A stretch of 37,258 bases of DNA from Patescibacteria group bacterium. GTDB taxonomy: Bacteria > Patescibacteriota > Patescibacteriia > JACQRZ01. Shown here one piece after another: positions 1-7,774 of the stretch (position 1 is its first letter; every line of letters starts with the position of its first letter). Below the pieces are notes generated by a model that made no database searches, was not told the DNA's origin, and saw nothing but the letters and a program-made list of their open reading frames with translations. A program made the translations under genes and the position numbers. Where the stretch lies: the NCBI GenBank assembly GCA_038065125.1, contig JBBTRP010000060.1:10848-48105 (forward strand). The letters are read 5' to 3'.

Positions 1-2
1 CC

Positions 3-2081
3 AAGAGCAGTACAACCACAAACCCCCCAGTCCGCACTGCAGAGGTGACGGTTGACAGAATCGTGGAAAAACCGCTTCCCCGCATTACATCAATTTCTAA
101 TATCAAACCAAAACCAAACGATGAAGGTGTTGTATTTTCTGTGCTCGCGACGAGACGGGCACAGGTAACGTTTGATGTCGCATTTGCGGAGGAGACCTCT
201 GATCCCGTAAAACTTCGAGTTTTCGCGCTCGATGCATCAAAGAAAAAATTTACTGCCGAGAGCGAAATCGCGGGGAAAAAGACCAGTGAAACAGTTACTC
301 TACAAGAACTTCCCGAAGGTACCTACACGCTTCACGCTGAATTTGTTAATACCTATGGAACCACAGGAGAATCCTTTACTCTCCCGGGAAGGATCACCGT
401 CGTAAAACCAAACGAGCCCCCCATTCTTTCTATCACAGACCCTGACCCGGATCCGATTGACTCGGCACAATCTCGAACCTACTTTGCACTTGATGCGCGA
501 AATCGGGAAAGCACATTTCCTTTTACTGTTTCCGTCCAGGATCCGGACAAAAGAGCGGGTGAAAAAGTGCCAACCGTACTCTTCACCATCAAAGACTCCA
601 GCGGAGCGACTCTGGTGAGATCCACGGTATCAGCGCCAAACTACAATGACTCCAAGGATCGTGATCGCATCGGGACACGAAAAGTAACCAGTTCCGATAC
701 TACTGATACGCTCTATACCCTTCAGGAGTCTGCTTTTACAAACGCAAACCGCGAGGTTCTCAGGTCGGCAGGGAAAGGTGGTCGTCTTTCACTTCTCAAG
801 CCAGGCACTTACACGCTTTCCGTAGGAGCGACGGACGCTCGAGGGGATACCGTCACGAAGTCGATGACAGTTCTCGTCAACGACGTTCCAATCGTGCAAT
901 CCATCACCTCTGACCCCCAGGCTCCGGTCATGGTAAAAAAGAAAACTGACTCAGCAACCGTTGCGGTTACGGTCACGGCAACGGATACCGACGGCGTATC
1001 GGAGGTGCGTATCAAGAAGGACAATGATGGGGGCACTCTTGCGCAGCGCATTGGCACTTCAAACGAGTATCAGGCAACCTTTACGCTTCCAGTCGGGGCA
1101 TATATCTTTACCGCTGAAGCGAGTGACACCCATGTTGCTGGCCATACAGAGACCGGGGTTTCGCGCACCGCGCTTACCGTGAGTGTAGTAAAAGAAAATG
1201 AGGCTCCGGCAAAACCAACCTTGTCGACGATCCCCGTCGGGAAAAAGTCGTTTGTCGTTCCGGACGATCTGGTAATCATCAAACTCGAAAACTTTGATGA
1301 TGTGGATGGAGATCCGCTTAGGGTTGAGTTTTTTATCGGAGAAAAAAGAGTAGCTACCAAGAAAATCTCTGATCGTGAGTATCGGCTCGATGCAATCCTG
1401 AATGGCGCCCAGACGATCATCGCGAAAGTATCTGACGATAAAAATCATACCACTGTTTCTGATCCACTCTCGGTAACGTTTGTCGACAAGATTGAAATTG
1501 AGCAGAACGCTCCAAACGGCACAGTAAAAAATCAGCCGATAGTTACCGAGTTCACAACCATGACATCTCAAGAGGGACTAATCATACTCCCTGAAGGTGT
1601 TCGAAAAGCGGACGTCCGCTTTAAAATCAAGGCCAGCGACAATGACGGCTTGCGTGCACTTCGCATTTTTGAGCAAGGAAATGAGTTAGCGGGAAAAACA
1701 GTCCAGTACTCGCCCGCAGTAAAGCAAGTCTCGCACGAAATTCCGTTCGAGCAACTTGATGCGGGCGTGCATCAGTTTGTCGCACGGGCCATGGATGTTG
1801 GAGGCACACTTTCCCTTCGCAAGGAGTTCTTCGTGTATGTTGCCGGGGATGCTCCGGCGCGCACACGTACAGACACAGGGTCATCGGCAAAGTGGGGAAG
1901 TCCCGGGATTTCACTCAAGGAAAATATTTTGTCTTCGTATGAGACGGCGCGCGGCATAGTTTCCACGCGTATAAAGAAAACAACCCCCTCAAAGGGCGGC
2001 GCGCCGCGTCTCTCGATCCCGCAACAAAAAAAGCCCGGTGCTGACCAGGCAAAGGTTGACGTCAGAAGAACGAGGAAGTAG
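3..2081 (+). CDS. Large surface/secreted protein with about 5 tandem Ig-like beta-sandwich repeats (5'-partial)
   Basis: Frame is open from the window edge (KSSTTTNPPVRTAEV...), so the ORF-track start at 45 is internal. Recurring motifs: N-x-x-P starts (PNEPP, VNDVP, ENEAP), DxDG turns (TDTDG, DVDGD, SDNDG) and G-x-Y-x-[LF]-x-A strands (GTYTLHAE, GTYTLSVGATD, GAYIFTAEASD, GVHQFVARAMD). Basic low-complexity C-terminal tail. Confidence 0.8.
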   Translation, partial: KSSTTTNPPVRTAEVTVDRIVEKPLPRITSISNIKPKPNDEGVVFSVLATRRAQVTFDVAFAEETSDPVKLRVFALDASKKKFTAESEIAGKKTSETVTLQELPEGTYTLHAEFVNTYGTTGESFTLPGRITVVKPNEPPILSITDPDPDPIDSAQSRTYFALDARNRESTFPFTVSVQDPDKRAGEKVPTVLFTIKDSSGATLVRSTVSAPNYNDSKDRDRIGTRKVTSSDTTDTLYTLQESAFTNANREVLRSAGKGGRLSLLKPGTYTLSVGATDARGDTVTKSMTVLVNDVPIVQSITSDPQAPVMVKKKTDSATVAVTVTATDTDGVSEVRIKKDNDGGTLAQRIGTSNEYQATFTLPVGAYIFTAEASDTHVAGHTETGVSRTALTVSVVKENEAPAKPTLSTIPVGKKSFVVPDDLVIIKLENFDDVDGDPLRVEFFIGEKRVATKKISDREYRLDAILNGAQTIIAKVSDDKNHTTVSDPLSVTFVDKIEIEQNAPNGTVKNQPIVTEFTTMTSQEGLIILPEGVRKADVRFKIKASDNDGLRALRIFEQGNELAGKTVQYSPAVKQVSHEIPFEQLDAGVHQFVARAMDVGGTLSLRKEFFVYVAGDAPARTRTDTGSSAKWGSPGISLKENILSSYETARGIVSTRIKKTTPSKGGAPRLSIPQQKKPGADQAKVDVRRTRK

Positions 2082-2088
2082 AAAAAGA

Positions 2089-2592
2089 CTAGAACGGACT
2101 CTTGTCCGAGAAGGTGATGCGAACCGCAGATTCACCGCCGGTGTTCATCTCGATAAACGCGTATTGGCCCACGGCGAGTTGTTTTTGGTCGGCACGCTGA
2201 GGAACGAAATAGGGTTTTCCATCAACAACGGTTTCTTTTTGGAAAAAATATTCGGTCGGGGCAGAGAGTCCTACGGAAAGTTGTCCGGGCCGCTCAAAGG
2301 GAGCGGCTCCCTCCTTCGAATCAAGAATCGCAACCTTGATGGACTCCTCGGAAACGGATTTCACGAGAGCATAAAAGGACTGCGGAATCACCAGTTCTTG
2401 TTGTTGGGGTACGGAGAGTCGAGGTGCTCCACCTGTAGCGGGACCGGGCGTCGGAGCCGACACTTGAGGCGGTGTGCTTTTCGGTAAGGGTAGAGAGGAT
2501 ATGAGCGCAATCAATCCAACGAGCGCGGCGCCAACGCCAATCCACGTCCACTGTTCTCGAGTAAGTTTTATTTTTGTGAAAGAAGACATCAT
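2089..2592 (-). CDS. Single-pass membrane protein: N-terminal TM helix, Pro-rich linker, small beta-rich (OB-fold/DUF5666-like) domain
   Basis: 167 aa ORF. Hydrophobic WTWIGVGAALVGLIALISSL, then PLPKSTPPQVSAPTPGP linker. The C-terminal pattern (ALVKSVSEESIKV...QLAVGQYAFIE...AVRITF) resembles OB-like domains; the fold is a guess. Confidence 0.7.
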   Translation of the reverse strand: MMSSFTKIKLTREQWTWIGVGAALVGLIALISSLPLPKSTPPQVSAPTPGPATGGAPRLSVPQQQELVIPQSFYALVKSVSEESIKVAILDSKEGAAPFERPGQLSVGLSAPTEYFFQKETVVDGKPYFVPQRADQKQLAVGQYAFIEMNTGGESAVRITFSDKSPF

Positions 2593-2613
2593 AGCTAAAG
2601 AATATCACTCCCT

Positions 2614-2656
2614 AGTATACCACTCCCTTGATTCGGGCCGCAAGACAAGCTAGAGT
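2614..2656. promoter_or_regulatory. Overlapping divergent sigma70-type promoters (ileS on +, 167-aa gene on -)
   Basis: Plus strand: TTGATT (2628-2633)-17 nt-TAGAGT (2651-2656). Minus strand: TTGCGG-18 nt-TATACT (2619-2614) with an upstream TG. Confidence 0.5.
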
Positions 2657-2664
2657 AGAAAAAT

Positions 2665-5607
2665 ATGAAAAGCATTTCTGAGCGAGAAGAAGAGATTTTG
2701 GAGTTCTGGGATCGCGAGCGAATTTTCGAGCGATCGGTTCAGGAGCGGCCCGCCGAAAAAGAATTCACATTTTTTGATGGCCCGCCGTTTGCGACCGGCC
2801 TCCCGCACTATGGCCACCTCCCCTCGTCTTTTCTGAAAGACGCGGTGCCGCGCTATTGGACCATGAAGGGATATCGATCTACGCGCGTGTGGGGATGGGA
2901 CTGCCACGGTCTTCCCATTGAAAACATCATCGAGGAAAAGTTGAAGCTCAAGAGCAAACAGTCAATCGAAGAGTACGGCGTTCAGAAATTCTCGGAAGCG
3001 TGCCGCTCGGCGGTCCTGACCTACGCAGAAGAGTGGAAGAAGATTATCCGCCGCTTAGGGCGCTGGGTCGACATGGATCGCGCCTACAAGACCATGGACC
3101 GCTCATACATGGAGAGCGTGTGGTGGGTGTTTGCCGAATTATGGAAGAAGAAGCTTATTTATGAGGGCAAGAAGGCGATGCACGTCTGTCCGCGGTGCGA
3201 GACCGCGCTTTCAAATTTTGAGGTAACGCAAGGATATGCGGAGGTGGCCGATATTTCGACAACGGTCGCGTTCAAGCTCACCAACGCAAAAGAACGTCTC
3301 GGAGTCGACGGGCCGGTTTCAATTCTTGCTTGGACCACCACACCCTGGACGCTTCCTGGTAACGTTCTCCTTGCCGTAGGACCGGAAATAAAGTACGCGC
3401 TGTTCCAGAACAAAAAAACAAGCGCGTTCGTACTCTTGGCACTGGACCGGTGGAGTGAGTATGCGAAAAAAAGTGACGCGGGGGACTACGTGCAGCATGA
3501 TGGCATTCTCAAAGGGCGTGATCTTGAGGGTCTTACCTATGAGCCCTTGTTTCCTTATTTTGCAAACACGAAAAACGCCTTCCGCGTCGTTAGTGCTGAT
3601 TTTGTGACAACCAATGACGGAACCGGCGTCGTCCATATCGCTCCTGCCTTTGGCGAAGATGACTATCGTTTAGGCGAGCGGGAGCGAGTCGATTTTGTGC
3701 AACATGTCGGCATGGACGGGCGATTCACGACAGACGTCACTGATTTTTTCGGACAGGAGGTCAAGCCAAAGGAAGACCCGACGAAGACAGACGTCGAGAT
3801 TATCAAATGGCTTTTTAAGAACGGAAAGCTTTTCCATAAAGAAAAATACGTACACAGCTATCCGTTTTGCTGGCGATGCGACACGCCGCTTCTCAACTAC
3901 GCAACATCAAGTTGGTTCGTATCGGTTACCTCCCTAAAAAGTTCACTCCTAGCAAACAACGTACAGACCGCCTGGGTGCCATCGGCAATCCGTGACGGCC
4001 GGTTCGGCAAGTGGCTTGAGGGCGCTCGAGACTGGGCGATCTCGCGCGACCGGTACTGGGGTGCACCTCTCCCGGTGTGGAAGAGTGAGGACGGAGACGT
4101 GATTGTCATGGGGAGTATTGCAGAGCTGGAGCGCCTCTCGGGCCGTACAATTGACGATCTTCACAAGCACGTGGTTGATGAGATTGTCTTTGAAAAAGAG
4201 GGGAAAACCTACCGGCGGATCCCCCAAGTCCTTGATTGTTGGTTTGAGTCCGGGTCGATGCCCTATGGGCAACTGCATTACCCGTTTGAAAACAAGAAGC
4301 AATTCGAAAACGGCTTTCCCGCGCAGTTCATCGCCGAGGGACAGGATCAGACGCGCGGTTGGTTTTACACTCTCCACGTGCTTGCAACGGCGCTTACCCA
4401 GGGACCACATCCCTCGATTCCGGTATCAGAAAGTTCATCCGCATTCCGGAATGTAATCGTGAACGGGATCGTCCTTGCTGAAGATGGAAAGAAGATGAGT
4501 AAGCGCCTGAAGAATTATCCAGACCTCATGGGCGTGATCGAAGCGTATGGCGCTGACGCGGTACGATACTATGTCCTTTCCTCTCCGGTCGTTCATGCGG
4601 AGAATCTTAATTTTTCAGAAAAAGGCGTCCGAGAACTCTATAGCAAGTACGTCAATACGCTCTGGAATGTGCTGTTGTTCTATCAGCAATCGCGGAGCGA
4701 TATACCCGATGACTACGTCTGGGGCGGAAAGCATGTGCTGGATCGATGGATCACAACGCGCCTTGAACGTCTCCGTAAAACGATAACGGAAAACATGGAC
4801 GCGTATCGAGTCGCGGACGCTACGCGGCCGATCCTTGATTTCGTTTCCGATCTTTCCCAGTGGTATGTGCGCCGGTCGCGGGATCGACTGAAAACTCCGG
4901 ACACCGATGATTATCGCGAGTGTTTGTTAACACTTGAACGAGTGCTTGCGTCGCTCTCCCTGGTGATCGCTCCATTCACCCCATTTATTGCAGAGATGAT
5001 CTATCGAGGTCTTCCTGCGTGGAAGGGGAAGAAGGACTCTGTCCATTTAGAGACGTGGCCGTCCGAATTGCATCAAGGGGACCTCGAGATCGAAGAGCAG
5101 ATGGATGGGGTTAGAGCGATTGTCGAAATGGGTCTTGCGCTCCGGGCAGAGGTAAAAATTAAAGTTCGTCAGCCGCTTGCAACTCTTGTTACCACCGTCC
5201 AGCTGCCGAGTGAACTTTCCCTATTGATCGCGGAAGAAGTGAACGTCAAGCAGGTCGTCTCCGGTGACATTCCAAAAACGTATTCACGGAAAGAAGAGAA
5301 AGGAGTGGTAGTTGCGCTGGACACGACACTCACTCCGGAGTTAAAGCAGGAGGGACTCCTGCGAGAGCTCATTCGCCAAATCAACGCGCAGCGCAAAGAG
5401 GCGGGACTTACTCGATCAGATAGGGTTTGCCTTCAGTACGAAACGTCCGACCCCGAGATTGAACAGGTCATTCAGTCATACGCTGAGCAGCTAAAAAAAT
5501 CGGTTCTCGCACTATCAATCTTTTCGGAAAAGAGCGATTCTATGGCCGACCTTCTCGTTGACGGCAAACCGGTTCGCATCGCATTCCAGCTAAAGACTAA
5601 AAGCTAA
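2665..5607 (+). CDS. ileS: Isoleucine--tRNA ligase, type 2 (archaeal/eukaryote-like)
   Basis: DGPPFATGLPHYGH (HIGH), GWDCHGLP, WTTTPWTLP editing motif, EGQDQTRGWFY, KMSKR (KMSKS); type 2-like C-terminus without the type 1 Zn finger. Confidence 0.97.
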   Translation: MKSISEREEEILEFWDRERIFERSVQERPAEKEFTFFDGPPFATGLPHYGHLPSSFLKDAVPRYWTMKGYRSTRVWGWDCHGLPIENIIEEKLKLKSKQSIEEYGVQKFSEACRSAVLTYAEEWKKIIRRLGRWVDMDRAYKTMDRSYMESVWWVFAELWKKKLIYEGKKAMHVCPRCETALSNFEVTQGYAEVADISTTVAFKLTNAKERLGVDGPVSILAWTTTPWTLPGNVLLAVGPEIKYALFQNKKTSAFVLLALDRWSEYAKKSDAGDYVQHDGILKGRDLEGLTYEPLFPYFANTKNAFRVVSADFVTTNDGTGVVHIAPAFGEDDYRLGERERVDFVQHVGMDGRFTTDVTDFFGQEVKPKEDPTKTDVEIIKWLFKNGKLFHKEKYVHSYPFCWRCDTPLLNYATSSWFVSVTSLKSSLLANNVQTAWVPSAIRDGRFGKWLEGARDWAISRDRYWGAPLPVWKSEDGDVIVMGSIAELERLSGRTIDDLHKHVVDEIVFEKEGKTYRRIPQVLDCWFESGSMPYGQLHYPFENKKQFENGFPAQFIAEGQDQTRGWFYTLHVLATALTQGPHPSIPVSESSSAFRNVIVNGIVLAEDGKKMSKRLKNYPDLMGVIEAYGADAVRYYVLSSPVVHAENLNFSEKGVRELYSKYVNTLWNVLLFYQQSRSDIPDDYVWGGKHVLDRWITTRLERLRKTITENMDAYRVADATRPILDFVSDLSQWYVRRSRDRLKTPDTDDYRECLLTLERVLASLSLVIAPFTPFIAEMIYRGLPAWKGKKDSVHLETWPSELHQGDLEIEEQMDGVRAIVEMGLALRAEVKIKVRQPLATLVTTVQLPSELSLLIAEEVNVKQVVSGDIPKTYSRKEEKGVVVALDTTLTPELKQEGLLRELIRQINAQRKEAGLTRSDRVCLQYETSDPEIEQVIQSYAEQLKKSVLALSIFSEKSDSMADLLVDGKPVRIAFQLKTKS

Positions 5608-5624
5608 AAGCTGTCAGCTTTTTA
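5590..5624 (+). repeat. Short heptamer tandem repeat across ileS stop / ruvA start
   Basis: CTAAAGA CTAAAAG CTAAAAG CTGTCAG CTTTTTA. Confidence 0.6.
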
Positions 5625-5626
5625 AT

Positions 5627-6199
5627 ATGATCGCATTCCTCACGGGCACCGTTGCCGAGCGCGGTGGCGCGTCGATCGTCCTTGAGGTCCACGATGTCGG
5701 ATATCGGCTTTCTGTTCCCGAAAGTACGCTGCGAACGTGCGCGGTCGGGGAGCGGCTCACGCTCCATGTCCACTACCATCAGCGCGACGAGGCACCTGAA
5801 CTCTACGGGTTTCAGACGAAAGAAGAGCTTTCATTATTTTCAAAATTGATTTCTGTTTCCGGAGTGGGTCCCAAGACCGCTCTTGCCGCTCTTAGTGTTG
5901 CGTCGCCAGACGGCATTGCGGGAGCGATCGCACGGGGCGATGCGGGACTTCTACGGACGGTCTCGGGCATCGGTTCAAAGACTGCTGAACGGATTGTCGT
6001 TGAGTTGCGCGACGCGCTTGCGCGCGAGATGGTCGCACACGCCAACGGGAGAGAGGGGAGCGATGTCGATCTTATCGAGGCGTTGGTCGGTCTTGGATAT
6101 TCACCCCTCGATGCGCAGCGCGCGCTTCGCTCGATTCCACCCGAGTGCACCGACGTGTCCGACCGACTAAAAGCCGCACTCAAGGGCCTGGGACGATAG
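5627..6199 (+). CDS. ruvA: Holliday junction branch migration protein RuvA
   Basis: MIAFLTG..., DVGY, ELYGF, HhH motifs VSGVGPKTA and VSGIGSKTAERIVVEL, C-terminal EALVGLGY. Confidence 0.96.
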   Translation: MIAFLTGTVAERGGASIVLEVHDVGYRLSVPESTLRTCAVGERLTLHVHYHQRDEAPELYGFQTKEELSLFSKLISVSGVGPKTALAALSVASPDGIAGAIARGDAGLLRTVSGIGSKTAERIVVELRDALAREMVAHANGREGSDVDLIEALVGLGYSPLDAQRALRSIPPECTDVSDRLKAALKGLGR

Positions 6200-6207
6200 C
6201 GACGATT

Positions 6208-7278
6208 ATGGGACAAGGCGACATTCAGGCGGGGGAGTGGAATGCTTTTTTGCGCGCCCATCAGCACGTTCAGTTTTTGCAATCGTGGGAGTGGGGGATG
6301 TTTCATGAGTCGCTGGGGCGTGCCGTGTCACGAACAGTCCTTTGCGATCACACAGGTCAATTTTCAGGAATTGGTCAGTGTGTGGACCTGCCGATCGTGG
6401 GTAAATTTTTTTATACGCATCTTCCGCACGGTCCGGTTGCCCAGGACTCTCGATCCGCCGAGCGTACACTGATTCGAGTTTTGCGGGCGACTCGCGAGCG
6501 CGGCGCCGTCTTTTTGCGCATCGAGCCACTCGCAAACCTTGAGCAATCGGAGCTGATCACCAAAAACAGCAAGAGGGTTCCCGACGTCCAGCCCTCTCAT
6601 ACGAGAATTCTTGATCTTTCTTGTTCGCGTGAGGAGCTACTCTCTCTGATGCATCCAAAGACGCGTTACAATATCGGACTTGCTCAAAAAAAAGGAGTCA
6701 CCGTATCTTCCTTGAGCGAAAAGTCACCCGAAGAGCGTACAGACCTCATCCATGCAGCGTGTGAACTTCTTAAAGAGACCGCAGGACGAGATCGGTTTTT
6801 CCTACACCCGATACAGTACTATCAGTCTCTTCTTGAAACGTTTCCCTCCCTCGATACCCGGAAAGGAGCAGACAGTCCCGCAGTGGAGCTTCTCTACGCC
6901 TCCACAGAGCAGGGGATCCGCGCCATTGCGATCGTGCTTTTTTTTGGCGACACAGCAACCTATCTGTATGGGGCGAGCAGCGGAAAGTTTCGTAATCTCA
7001 TGGCTCCCTACGCGCTGCACTGGCACGCTCTCTCACTAGCACAGAAGGCCGGGTGCCGATGGTACGACTTTTGGGGTATTGCACCAGACGACTCGGAAAA
7101 TCATCCGCTCGCGGGCGTCACTCGCTTTAAGGAGGGATTCGGGGGGGAGCGGATGCAGTATCCCGGAACCTATGATATTGTATTGAAGCCCTTCGAGTAC
7201 CGGATTTATCAGGTCGCACGAAGTATCCATCGTCGCACTCGTCGTTCAACGGATAGGACACGGGCCTCCGAAGCCTGA
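6208..7278 (+). CDS. FemABX-family peptidoglycan peptidyltransferase (lipid II:aminoacyl-tRNA transferase)
   Basis: FLQSWEWG, PHGPV, FLRIEP, MHPKTRYNI, ATYLYGAS, YDFWGI, GVTRFKEGFGG. ATG 6208 is preferred because the track start overlaps ruvA. The 3' end overlaps a tRNA. Confidence 0.9.
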   Translation: MGQGDIQAGEWNAFLRAHQHVQFLQSWEWGMFHESLGRAVSRTVLCDHTGQFSGIGQCVDLPIVGKFFYTHLPHGPVAQDSRSAERTLIRVLRATRERGAVFLRIEPLANLEQSELITKNSKRVPDVQPSHTRILDLSCSREELLSLMHPKTRYNIGLAQKKGVTVSSLSEKSPEERTDLIHAACELLKETAGRDRFFLHPIQYYQSLLETFPSLDTRKGADSPAVELLYASTEQGIRAIAIVLFFGDTATYLYGASSGKFRNLMAPYALHWHALSLAQKAGCRWYDFWGIAPDDSENHPLAGVTRFKEGFGGERMQYPGTYDIVLKPFEYRIYQVARSIHRRTRRSTDRTRASEA

Positions 7279-7306
7279 AATACAGGTTCGATTCCTGTCG
7301 AGTGCA
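7235..7306 (+). tRNA. tRNA-Arg (anticodon CCG), no encoded CCA
   Basis: Acceptor GCACTCG/CGAGTGC; D arm GTTC-AACGGATA-GGAC with A20; anticodon arm CGGGC-CTCCGAA-GCCTG; T arm ACAGG-TTCGATT-CCTGT. Confidence 0.95.
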
Positions 7307-7416
7307 GAGGTGAACAAAAAAAGTATTCAAGCGATTTTTACCTTTAAATTATAGGAATTTTACGGGGAGACGACTTTATTGATACGAACACTTTCCTGGT
7401 TCAAGATTTTTACGAC

Positions 7417-7527
7417 TTTTCCACACAAGAAAACAAAGGATTATGGGGAAAACCAATCCAAAATCAAATTATGACAAGGAAAATTCTGGGGATAAAGTGT
7501 TGATAAAGTGTGCCTTTCTGTTGATAC
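7417..7527. promoter_or_regulatory. Cluster of DnaA-box-like 9-mers in an AT-rich spacer
   Basis: TTTTCCACA 7417-25, TGGGGAAAA 7444-52, TGGGGATAA 7487-95, TGTTGATAA 7498-7506, TGTTGATAC 7519-27; each 1-2 mismatches from TTATCCACA or its reverse complement. Confidence 0.55.
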
Positions 7528-7597
7528 CTTTTTGTATTCAGTATCGAGAAAATAAGGATTTGTTATAAATATAAGGGAAATATTGTCCAGGAAGTAC

Positions 7598-7626
7598 TTG
7601 ACAAGATTTTTCATTTCACATAGAAT
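7598..7626 (+). promoter_or_regulatory. Sigma70 promoter of rpoBC
   Basis: TTGACA-17 nt-TAGAAT. Confidence 0.8.
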
Positions 7627-7652
7627 GGAATAACTCGTGCTCACTTTTGTTG

Positions 7653-7767
7653 TTCAGGTAACTGGAGAATTTATACTCAGTGTAATGAGTCAAACGAGGT
7701 AAGATGCAGAAAAGTAGATCCATTGGAGGCATCCAATGGGATTAATTTTTTTTATCTTACTTCGTTT
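7653..7767 (+). ncRNA. Putative structured cis-regulatory leader of rpoB
   Basis: Three hairpins: TTCAG-GTAA-CTGGA; ACTCA-GTGTAA-TGAGT; and a long stem with 7692-7705 pairing 7754-7767, capped by CCATTGGA-GGCA-TCCAATGG. Confidence 0.55.
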
Positions 7768-7774
7768 TTAACGT

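Noticed and set aside
45-47. ORF-track start of the first gene
   Set aside because: The frame is open to the window edge, so the true start is upstream.
2038-2487. 149-aa plus-strand ORF
   Set aside because: Antisense shadow of the 167-aa gene, which has TM/linker/domain organisation and a promoter.
2593-2664. T-box or attenuator before ileS
   Set aside because: Only 72 nt, filled by divergent promoters; no T-box motif.
6145-6207. N-terminal extension of the FemABX ORF
   Set aside because: Overlaps ruvA; ATG 6208 fits better.
7441-7644. 67-aa minus-strand ORF in the AT-rich spacer
   Set aside because: Overlaps the promoter and DnaA-like boxes; no recognisable protein features.
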